Below, in pieces: positions 1 through 11,148 of a stretch of DNA of 64,000 nt. The notes beneath the pieces were generated by a model. The model searched no databases and was not told the DNA's origin. It saw only the letters and a program-made list of their open reading frames with translations. Numbering within the stretch: the stretch's first letter is position 1; every line of letters starts with the position of its first letter. A program made the translations under genes and the position numbers. Source of the DNA: the human T2T-CHM13v2.0 reference genome, Homo sapiens. The stretch is taken from NCBI RefSeq assembly GCF_009914755.1, contig NC_060930.1; one strand, given 5' to 3'.

Positions 1-185
1 TGGTCTACATGTCCCCCAAATTCAAGTTTTGAAACTTAAACACCAATGTGATGGTATTAAGAGGTGTGACCTTTAAAAGGGGCGGAGATAACTAGCATAG
101 GCCCTTTTGCTCTTCTGCCCTTCTGCCATATGAGGACACAGTGTTTGTCCTCTCTGAAGGATGCAGCAATGATGTATCATCTTCT
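1..185 (+). mobile_element. MaLR LTR fragment (MST/MLT1A-like), starts at window edge
   Basis: 'gtcccccaaattca...aatgtgatggtattaagaggtg' and 'ttctgccatatgaggacacag' resemble MST/MLT1 LTR consensus. Confidence 0.65.
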
Positions 186-480
186 GCTTTATTTAAATGG
201 TACCATGAGCAGCATTATCAAAAGTCTACAGGTTACTTGGGTCTCACTGAGTAGTTGGAACTGCAACATGGACTCACCCATGGGTGGTGGACAACCTGTG
301 TTTTTTAAGCCCAATAGCACTTACAAAAATGACTAGTGTCTTGAAAATTGAGTAATTGTATTTCTGGGATACAGTAGTTAAATTTTTCCCCATGACTCAG
401 ACTGTATGAGGCAATTTTTAAATTCTTAACAAAACAGCCAATTTTGCCATATTATACACTACATTAGGATTGCTAAATAT

Positions 481-3200
481 AATTCAATTCAACAGACATT
501 TATGTTTCTTCATGTAAGATATGGTTTGGCTCTGCATCCCCACTCAGATCTCATCTCTAATTGTAGTCCCCATAATCCCCACATGTCGAGGGAGGAACCC
601 AGTGGGAGGTGACTGGATCATGGGGCAATTTCCCCCATGATGTTCTCATGATAGTGAGTTCTCATGAGCTCTGATTGTTTTATAAAGAGCTCTTCCCCCT
701 CCACTCCTCACTCTTCTCCCTCCTGCCACCTTGTGAAGAAGGTGTCTGCTTTCCTTTTGCCTTCTGCCATGATTGTAAGTTTCCTGAGGCCTCCCCAGAC
801 ATGTGGAATGGTGAGTCAATTAAACCTCCTTTGTTTATAAATTATCCAGTCATGGGTATTTCTTTATAGCAGTGCAAAAACAGAAAAATACAGTAAATTG
901 GTACCACAGAGAGTGGGGTACTGCTATAAAGATATCTAAAAATGTAGAAGTGACTTTGGAACTGGGTAATGGGCAGAAGTTGGAACAATTTGGAAAGCTC
1001 AGAAATAAACAGGAAATGTGGGAAAGTTTGAACTTCCTAGAGACTTGTGGAATGGCTATGACCAAAATGCTGATAGTGATATGGACAATAAAGTCCAGGC
1101 TGAGGTAGTCTCAGATGGAAATGAGGAACTTGTTGGGAACTGGAGCAAAGATCACTCTTGCTATGCTTTAGCAAAGATATTGGTGGCATTTTGTCCCTGC
1201 CCTAGAGATCTGTGGAACTTTGAACTTGAGAGAGATGATCTGAAATTGGAACTTATGTTTAAAAGGGAAGCAGAGCATAAAAGTTTTTGAAAATTTGCAG
1301 CCTGATGATGTGATAGAAAAGAAAAACCCATTTTCTGGGGAGAAATTCAAGCCTGCTGCAAAAATTTGCATAATTAATGAGGAGCCAAATGTTAATCACC
1401 AAGACAGTGGGGAAAAGGTGTCCAGGCATTTCGGAGATCTTGGTGGCAGCCCTTCCCATCATAGGCCCAGAGGCCTAGGAGGAACAAACGGTTTTGTGGG
1501 TTGGGCCCAGGGTCCTGCTGCTGTGTGCAACCTCAGAACATGGCACCCTGCATCCCAGCTGTTTCAGGTCCATTCATGGCTACAAGGGGCCAAGGTACAG
1601 CTCAGGCCATTGCTTCAGAGGGTGCAAGCCCCAAGCCTTGGTGGCTTCCATGTGATGTTGGGCTTGTGGGTGTACAGAGTCAAGAATTGAGGTTTGGGAA
1701 CCTCTGCCTAGATTTAAGAGGATATATGGAAATGTCTAGACATCCAGGCAGAAGTTTGCTGCAGGGATGGAGCCCTCATGGAGAACCTCTGTTAGGACAG
1801 TGTGGAAGGGAAATTTGGAGTTGGGGCCCCCACACAGAGTCCCCACTGGGACACTGCCTAGTGGATCTGTGAGAAGAAGGTCAGCATCCTTCAGACCCCA
1901 GAATGGTAAATCCACTTTCAGCTTGCACTATGTGCCTGGAAAAGCTATAGGCACTCAATGCCAGCATGTGAAGGAGCTTCCCAAGGCCATGGGAGCTCAC
2001 CCCTTGCATCAGCATGCCCTGGGTGTGAGACATGGAGTCAAAGGAGATCATTTTGGAGCTTTAAGATTTAATAACTGCCCAACTAGATTGCAGATTTGCA
2101 TGGGGCTTGTGGCCTCTTTATTTTCACCAATTTCTGTCATTTGGAATGGGTGTATTTACCCGTTGCCTGTACCCAAATTGTATCTTGGAAGGAACTAACT
2201 TGTCTTTGACTTTTTCCATAGGTGGAAGGGACTTGCCTTGTCTCAGATGAGGCTTTGGACTGTGGACATTTGAGTTAATGCTGAAATGAGTTAAGACTTT
2301 GGGGGACTTTTGAGAAGGCATGATTGGTTTTGAAATGTCAAAAAGATGTGAGATTTGGGAGGGGCAAGGAGTGAAAGGATATGATGTGGCTCTGTGTTTC
2401 CACTCACATCTCATCCTGAATTATAATCCCCATAATCCCACCTGTTGAGGGAGGAGCCCAGTGAGAGGTGATTGGATCATGTGGGCAGTTCCCCCATTCT
2501 GTACTTGTGATAGTGAGTTCCTATGAGATTTGATGGTTTTATAAGGGGCTTTTTCTGCTTTGCTCCTCACTCTTCTCCCTCCTGCTGCCATGTGAAGAAG
2601 GCGCTTGCTTCCCCTTTGCTTTATACCATGATTGTAAGTTTCCTGAGGCTTCCCCAGCCATGTGGAACTGTTGAGTCAGTTCAACCTCTTTCGTTTATAA
2701 ATTACCCAGTTTGGGGTATTTCTTTATAGCCGTGCAAAAACTGACTAATACACTGTGGTAGGCCTTATGCCAGCAGTTACAGACTCAGATGAATTTGACA
2801 TAGTCCCTAATTTTTTAAGGAGTTCACTGGAAGACCAACAAGTAAGCAAAGAGGAAGGGGTGACCTAATAAGGGATCATGGAGACTTCTAGGAAGAACAG
2901 AAGAGTGTTCTGAATGTGGACATTTGACATTTGGGGAAAAGGAGAGGGCTGCATCACCTAGGCACAGAAAAAGTGTGGGCCAAGGCATAGAGATGGAAAA
3001 TAGTAAAAGCACTTGCTGCTGAACTATGTCTTGTTAGGTGGGTGTGGCAAGAGTGGAGCTGGAAGATTACATAGCCTAGGGTTCAGGTTTCATGTGTAGG
3101 TGATGATGGGGACAGCAGGATTTAAATCATGAAACATAAATGTGTAACTAAGTTGGAAATATTTCTCATATGAACATACTGTTAAGTATGTTACCATTTG
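481..3200 (-). mobile_element. L2 3' region split by the THE1D provirus (481-516 and 2753-~3200)
   Basis: 'aattcaattcaacagacatttatg' (L2 tail, antisense) resumes after the provirus as 'ctgtggtaggc...gacatagtccct...aaggagttcac'. Confidence 0.7.
517..2752 (+). mobile_element. Full-length THE1D/MSTA-type MaLR provirus: 5' LTR 517-892, internal 893-2376, 3' LTR 2377-2752
   Basis: Two ~376-bp direct LTRs (gatatgg.ttggctctg...aataca); THE1-int starts 'gtaaattggtacc'; purine tract before the 3' LTR; degenerate 5-bp TSD atgta/ctgtg. Confidence 0.93.
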
Positions 3201-3539
3201 TCTGAACTCATGAATAATATGGAAAGCACACGAACAAAAAACAAATACAGCCACATACTCAGAATCTTTCATCTACATGCGAAGTGCACAGAGCCATAAT
3301 ACAAAGTCTTTTTCAAAAAACTTTTAACTTTAATCTATTAGAATACATACCGGGAAAATAATTACTGAATAAAACAAAATGAAAAAATACTAGAAATTAT
3401 TCTCTCATGGGATCATATTTACTTGACTTTAGAAAATTTAGTAGTGTGTTCTCCATGAACAAAACAAACTTTTATCTAGGAAAACAAACTTTTCCTAAAT
3501 AATCGTATTCAATGCAATATCTTTATATATTCTCTGTAT

Positions 3540-4375
3540 GTGCCAGAACTCCCAAATTCACATTCTGATTCAGAGTTCACTACTGAGTTAGAGATTTGAA
3601 TATCAAACATCTCTTAGGATGGCTCTCAGGCACTATGAAGAACACATCCAAAAGAATCCTTAATTATCCTCTCCTGAAACTCTTCCTCCCCCACTCTACC
3701 CACTTAGGAGCATGTCAGCCTCTGGCAGCCTTGCAGTTGCTCATGCCAGTGAGTCATCCTTGACACTTCTTCCTCACTCCCTACGTCCAATGTATTACCA
3801 GTTCCTTTCACTTTATACTTAGTATCTATCCATATTTCTTATTTCTGTTGCTGTCACTTCTGACCAAGCCACCATCATTTCTTACCTGGACTATTGCAGT
3901 AGCTTTTATAACAGTCTGTCTGCCCATTTTCTTGCAATTCTTCTACATATTGTAGCCAGAGTAACCTTATCTCATGTCTGTCCCCCCAGCTCACCAAGAT
4001 AGCCACACTACCCTCATTACAGTTCCAGGAATGTGCCAGACCCTGTCCTGCCTTGGGCCCTTGGGCCCTGGTACAGACTGAGCTCCCTCCCCAATGAATA
4101 CATTTCTGCAGAGACTACCTAATTCCTACTCATCTTTTAGAATTCTGGAAGATATAACTTTAGAGAAGTCCTTCCTCACACTTCAATCTAAAATAGATCC
4201 CCTTGGTATTCTTTCTGTAGGAATCTTGTGAGTTTCAATTATGGTTTGTTTAATGTCTACTCCTCCTGACAGACTATAAACTTCATGAAGGCTAGGTCTT
4301 ACCTCTTGTTCACCTCCATTCCTAGGGCTTAGCACAATGCTTGATGCACAGAAATAATAAATATTTAATAAGTAA
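3540..4375 (+). mobile_element. L2 fragment with 3' tail
   Basis: 'ccaagccaccatcatttcttacctggactattgcagtagc' and 'cttagcacaatgcttgatgcacag...aataaatattt' are typical of L2. Confidence 0.8.
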
Positions 4376-4837
4376 AATAGGGTTTTAACGTTGTCGCCTT
4401 GTGTACTTTGTGTGCATTGTGCTTGAAGCTTGCCTTTGGTGGACTGCCTGCACATCTTCACCTTCCTTTAGATGTCTTTTGCCTTTTTTCCCATTCTGGT
4501 ACTCCTGCCACAGTGTTTCTTCCTTAGAACTCCTCATTTCTGATGAACTGCTCACTACTCAGGGCCTGAGGTAGTTTCCACTAAATACTACCCACAAATG
4601 GTGAGGGGAGGTTGGTGAAGGGTGTATGGGAGTGTGGAAAGGGAGCTCCAGGAACATGCACCAGATGTATGCCACACACATGGAATTGCTTTGAATTTCT
4701 TAAAGGTATATGTGCATCCTACTTTATAATTATTTTATATGTTTTACTATAAAAAGTTGATGTTTGCTGTCACTTTTGTGACTTGCACAAAATCGCTGAC
4801 TTAGGTGTCTTTATGAATTTTCATTGTTTTTATTCTT

Positions 4838-5150
4838 TTAAAAAAATTTCAACTTTTATTTTAGATACTGGGGGCAGATGTGCAGGTTTGTTACATGGGT
4901 ATATTGTACCCAGGTAGTAAGCACTCAATAGGTAGTTTTTCAACCCAGGACTGCCTCTCTCTCTCCCACCTCTGGTGGTCCACAGTGTCTGTTGTTCCCA
5001 TGTTTATGTCTATATGTGCTCAATGTTCAGCTCCCACTTATAAGTGAGAACACATGGTATTTGGTTTTCTGTTCCTGTGTTAATTCATTTAGGATTATGG
5101 CCTCCAGCTCTATCCACATTGCTGTAAAGGACATGATTTCATTCCTTTTT
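4838..5150 (-). mobile_element. L1 3' end (L1PA16/L1PB-like), 5'-truncated
   Basis: 'tcaacttttattttagat...gtgcaggtttgttacatggg', 'gctcccacttataagtgagaac'. Confidence 0.85.
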
Positions 5151-6504
5151 AAACAATTTTGGCATTTTTAAATTTTAGTTAGTCTGCTGTGTCTGAGCCA
5201 GCTGAGTTTTCTAAAGTTTCCTCCTCTCTAATAGTGGAGACCTCCTAATAACTATAAGATATTTATGTCTTGCCCCCTACTTTTCTGATATTCTTGCTCT
5301 GATTTACTACTTTTTGTTTTTTAATCCCACCTCCACCTTACTTCTCCTTCCAGTAATTCTCAGTGGACTGCTGTTTATATATTCTGAAAAAATTCTTTAT
5401 CATGCTGGACTGTCCTGTAATAGATATCCTCACGTTCCTCCACAGTGTAGAAAGTTTAGCCTTTCTACAATGGACTCCACCTACAGACTGTCCATAGCAC
5501 CCACAGTTATTAACAAGCCAACCTCTCATCATATTTCCAAATACCCATATGTGGGTGGTTCCTCTGTTAGTTGAGAGCCACTTTTCAGATTGTCTATCTA
5601 CCCTTTACACAAAATCCAGAACCTTCTATTTGATAATATATTTAGAGGTAAATAATTATTTCATTCATTAAAGATTCAGACAACTATTAAATGCCTGCTC
5701 TATGCTAGGCACTATCCTAGGCAATGAAGATGCAGCAGTGAACAGACTCATCCCTAACGTTTATTGGGTGTGTTTCTACCAACTAACTTTTTTGGCTTGT
5801 TTCTGAAAAGAACAAGGTTGTTGTCATCCATTGTGTCATTAAATTATCTTCATTATGTCCTGATGATTTCTTATTAGAAAGTTTTAAGGACATTTGCACT
5901 TACTGAGAATAGAAAAAAATTGACCAAAACAGTAACAAAAATAATTTTTAACACCCCTTTGAATCTAAGTGATCAGTGCCTAATAGATAAAGCATTAGAA
6001 AAATATTAATATTTTATACATAGTGTACATTTTAAAAAGGAATTTTAATGTTGAATAATGTAATTTCTATAAGAATTTCTGCTGCAATTTTCCTCCTTTT
6101 TGGCATATGTAGCTCATTTTAGCAGCAGTGACTTTATTTGCTGTATGTAATTACTTAATTTTACTGGGTTTACTCACATTGTTATGCCATTGTAACAAAT
6201 TTATGTATTCATTCATGTGTAGCTGCACAATATTTAAAGAAGCTGCCAAATGCTATCAGAAGCAACACAGACCCCAGGCCTAACAAATGAAGCAGCCTGG
6301 TAAGATAGAGGGGCTGCTGGCAGATGTGATACTGCTCTGTGGGAGAACAATTGGCATGGATGTTTGCAGATAAAGCAAATAAAGCAAAGTGACATGTGCC
6401 TGGTATCAGTGGTTAATAAAAACAGGTACTGTATGCTCTATCTGCTAACATTACTTGCAGATTTCAAAACTTGTAGTGACTAGAAAATATACTTTTATAT
6501 CACT

Positions 6505-7055
6505 TTCTATGGGTCAAACACTGTTACAAATATTTTATATATGTTATTTGTTAAATTTTTACAACAAAGATGTGAGATAGATCCTTCATTATCATCACCT
6601 CTGTTTCCCAAATGAGGATAGTGAGGTACTTGGAGATTAAGTGACAGGCAGCATCAGAGATGGGCTCCAAACCCAGACAGTGAGCTCTAAGATAGGTAAT
6701 ATTGTTTAGTTTTGCATCTTGTAGCTTCCATAATCCCCACATGTGGTGGGAGATAATTGAATCATGGGGGTGGGCTTTTCCCATGCTGGTCTCATGATAG
6801 TGAATAAATTTCACGAGATCTGATGCTTTTAAAAATGGGAGTTTCCCTACACAAGCTCTCTCTCTTTGCCTGCTGCCATCCATGTAAGATGTGACTTGCT
6901 CCTCCTTGCCTTTCACCATAATTGTGAGGCTTCCCCAGGCATGTGGAACTGTAAGTCCATTACACCACTTTCTTTTGTAAATTGCCTCATCTTGGATATG
7001 TCTGTATCAGCAGCATGAAAATGGACTAACACAGTAGGTAGTTAACTCCTACACA
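6505..7055 (-). mobile_element. MIR interrupted by a THE1B LTR
   Basis: MIR core 'cccaaatgaggatagtgaggtacttggagattaagtgac' and 'gggctccaaacccagacag'. Confidence 0.7.
6697..7033 (+). mobile_element. THE1B-type solo LTR with small deletions
   Basis: 'aatgggagtttccctacacaagctctctctctttgcctgctgccatccatgtaagatgtgac'; ends 'atggactaacaca'; TSD atagg/gtagg. Confidence 0.88.
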
Positions 7056-8614
7056 GTAACAACTCTGCTAGGGCCAACAATATTGAGAGTTAAGTCGCAT
7101 GACCCTGTTGTTGGGCTTGATAAAGCTATGTGCCCTCCAATTATTATAATTGAAATTTAATTTTAAGTAACTTATTTTAAATTTAACTCCTGATTTGTAT
7201 GTAGGGGGGAGAATTTCTCAATGTTAATACAATTAAACGTTTTACTCCTTTTTAAAAAAAGGCATTGTTTTGTAGAAAAACTTCTGTACAGTGATATAAT
7301 AATGAGATTTTATTTCTCTTAATTTTACCTTCCCAGAAATAGGCAGCTGAAGTGAAAGCACAATTAGTTTCAAAAGGAAATTATTAAATCCAGAATAGGT
7401 TATCATCTCTCAACTAATACCTGTGTAAAGACTGCCAAAATATAACTATCTAAATGTTTTTTTCTTCTCCTATACTTTGTCATGTTTTATTTCTACTCTT
7501 GAATTTGAGAGAATGTTTTACAAGTCTTAATCCTTTTGTAGTTTCACTTACTTTTTTGCCAAACTTGACAGTTATCTCTAGAGACCTCAACCACAGAATC
7601 CATGATAAAGACATGGCTGAATGGTTCCTCACTGACTTGCCTCATCCAATAAAGTGTTTTGTTTCTGAGACAATTGGGTCAGTATGAAATACCTGGGAAT
7701 ACAATACGTCTATGAACGGCTCTTAAGTAGTTTATATAGTTACGCTATTTGCCAAACACAAAATATCCATTGTTAGACCTTAACTGCTGTGTTCTTTTTG
7801 TTAATTCAAAAGCAGATGTTTCTTCTTTTTTTAAACTCATCTATTTCTGCCCTTTCATTTCTAAGTTTATTCTTTCATCTGGCCACCATTGCCATTCTGA
7901 TAGCTGTTTACACTGATAAGAGACCATCTGCTTGTCTTTCATGACTGAGGGAAAGAAGTAGGAAAACTACATTTCCATTCTTCAGAGAGTATTTTGTTTT
8001 GCTAATTACTTAAAAGCACTAAGGAAATGTATCCATTTGGCTTAATATTTTTGAGGACAAAAAATAAAGAGGTTAGAAAAATACAGTAGCATTTGTAACA
8101 TCAAAATCTTTTAATTAAACATCTGTATTTATGAGAATAATGAAATGTTTTTTTTAGGATATCACCCCAAGTATCCTGGGACATGAGAGATTCATGGAAA
8201 TGGTTCAAATAATTTCAATAATTCAGTGTTATTGAAATGTGAATTGATGTGCACATGTTTAGTCAATGTAATCAAATTTAAATAGAATAATGTACAAATG
8301 TGAAAAATCCCAGTTGTCTGCCTATCTGCTAAAAGTTGCCTTTTGTACTTTGAAGTGTGTGTGTGGGAGAGTGGTTGTACATGAGCAGCCCTCCTTCTTT
8401 GAGAACCTTCCCTCCCTGTTTCCTAGTTACATTTACATTACTTGACCCTGCATCCCTCCCTACCCTATTCCCTTGCATAGGGACATATGGTAAGGGTGGA
8501 GAGATACCTGATTTCATTCAGGTCAACCATTAGATTCTCCTATCAAAATTTCTACTCTAGAGATCAAGTCTGAAGCTGAGCACTGGGTTGTTACTAGCAG
8601 ATTAAAAAAAAAGA

Positions 8615-9305
8615 TGTTGGGGAAATATAATTAAAAATAAAATCTCCCATATCAGAAAACCTGTCCACTAAAGTACTATAGAAAAACAATTTTATTATTG
8701 AATAAGCTTTAAACCAGCATGTGATTCATATCACAGGCAATATGTTAAGAGATTACAAAGACAGAAAGAAATGTCACCCTTACATATAACCAAACTATAA
8801 TCCATTCTATACATTCCATACATGTTCTCATGATAAACAGTAACTAGTCTCTAAGAGGACTTGATTGTACCATTTGTCACATAGAGTTCATTCTAAATTC
8901 ACCTAGTAATTAGCGTGACCATCTGTGTTAGATAATTGGCTTTATCTAAAGGAAAAATAAGCTTCTCTTAATTTTATGCCAAGAGGTAGTTTTGCCACTT
9001 TGAGCAAGGTATCCACTGAAGTTAATTCCCACTCTTCCACAGAAACTGGGAAATAGGGGCCTATTCTTTTTGATGTTTACATTTCACAGAGATGGCTCCC
9101 AGTCCTTGAGAAATAACTTCATGGCTCATAAAACTGATTAAATGCCAATTTTAATCTTCAAAAGGATTTAAATACATTCCAGAGAGAAGAGAAAGTGCTA
9201 ACAATTAATAGTTTTCTGAGGTAAATGCTCTAAGAAAAAGGAAGAGAGGGAAATCTCTTCACTTATTTTCAAGGGAGAATTAAGTCAGTCTCTCTTTTTA
9301 AAATA
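8615..9305 (-). mobile_element. ERV1 MER4-group solo LTR (MER72-like; subfamily uncertain)
   Basis: Reverse strand ends '...ttaattatatttccccaaca', with an upstream AATAAA and the MER4-group motif 'gggagccatctctgtgaaatgtaaacatc'. Confidence 0.7.
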
Positions 9306-9327
9306 TTTGATGGATTTTATTGTAAAA

Positions 9328-10245
9328 ATGGAAGTTCTAGCCAGAGCATTTAGGCAAGAGAAAGAAAGAAAGGGCATTCAAATTGGAAAAAAAGTCAAAT
9401 TATCTGTTTGCCAGTGATATGATCTTATATTTAGAAAACCATAAAGACTCCTCCAAAAGAGTCCTAGATTTGATAAATGAATTCAGTAAACTCTCAGATT
9501 ATAAAATCAATGCATGCAAATCAGTAGCACTGCTAAAAACCAACAATGGCCAAGCTGAGAATCAAATCAAGAACTCAAACCTTTTACAATACCTACAAAA
9601 ATGTAATACACTTAGGATTATCCTTAACCAAGAATGTGAAAGATCTCTATGAGGAGAACTATGAAACACTGATGAAAGAAATCAGAGATGCCCCAAACAA
9701 ATGAAAAAATATTCCACATTCATGGGTTAAAAGAATCAAAATCATGAAAATTACCATCCTGCCCAAAGCAATCTATGGATTCTATATAATTCCAATCAAA
9801 ATATTAATGTCATTGTTCACAGAGTTAGAAAAAACAATTATAAAATTCATATGGAACCAAAAAGGAGCCTGAATAACCATAGCAATTCTAATCAAAAAAA
9901 ACAAATTTGGAGACATCACATTACTTCAAATTATACTACAAAGCTATAGTAAACAAAGTAGCATGGTACTGGTATAATAGTAGATACATACACCAATGGA
10001 ACAGGATAGAGAACTCAGAAATAAAGCCAAAACTTACAGCCAACTGATCTTTGAAAAAACATACAAAAACATAAACTGGGGAAAGGATTGCCTATTCAGT
10101 AAGTGGTTCTGGGAAAATCGGATGGCCATATGTAGAAGAATGAAACAATCCATTTCTCTCTCCGTACACAAAAGCTAACTTAAGATGGATTAGAGGGTCA
10201 AATCTAAGACCCGAAACTGTAAAAATTCTGGAAGAAAACCCACAG
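9328..10245 (+). mobile_element. L1PB/PA16-type ORF2 fragment (RT region), truncated at both ends
   Basis: ORF remnants [12 protein letters not shown] (degenerate FADD) and [14 protein letters not shown]. Confidence 0.9.
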
Positions 10246-10251
10246 AATATG

Positions 10252-11092
10252 GGTTTTTAAAGTGGATTATTAGACTTTTTTTTACAGAGTTTTTTGAGCT
10301 CCTTATATAATCTGGTTATTAATCCCTTGTCAGATGGATAGTTTGCAAATATTTTCTCCTATTCTGTGGGTTGTCTCTTCACTTTGTTGATGGCATCCTT
10401 TGCTGTGGACAAGAATTTTCATTTGATGTGGTTGTTTGCCTCTTCTTGTTGCTTGTGCTTGTATTACTCAAGAGATTTTTGCTCAGACCCATGTTTTGGA
10501 GAATTTCTCCAGTATTTTCTTCTGGTAGTTAATAGTTTGAGGTCTTAGATTTAAGTATTTAATCCATTTTGATTTTTGTATATGGTGAGAAATAGGGGTC
10601 TAGTTTTATTCTTCTACATATGTATATCCAGTTTTTCCAGCACCATTTATTGAGACTATCTTTTCTCTAGTGTATGTTCTTTGTACCTTGTCAAAAATGA
10701 GTTCACTGTAGGTGTGCGGATTTGTTTCTGGGTTGTCTATTCTGTTCCATTGGTCTATGTCACTGTTTTTATGCCAGTACCACGCTGTTTTGGTTTTGAT
10801 AGCTCTGTAGTATAATTCGAAGTTAGGTAATGTTATTTCTCTAATTTTGTTCTTTTAGCTCAGGATAGCTGTGGCTATTCTAGGTCTTTTGTGGTTCCAT
10901 ATAAATTTTAGAGTGTTTTTTTCTGTTTTGGAAAGAATGTCATCTCAGTGAGTTGTGTTGGTATTTTGATAGTGATTGCATTGAATCTCTAGATTGTTTG
11001 GGGTAGTATAGACAATTTAACAATACTGATTCTTCCACACCTGTGAACATGGAATTTCTTTCTTTCTTTCTTTCTTTTTCTTTCTTTCTTTC

Positions 11093-11148
<56 letters not shown>

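Noticed and set aside
872-2198. Overlapping 78-143 aa ORFs
   Set aside because: Broken pieces of the THE1-int ORF; no intact frame
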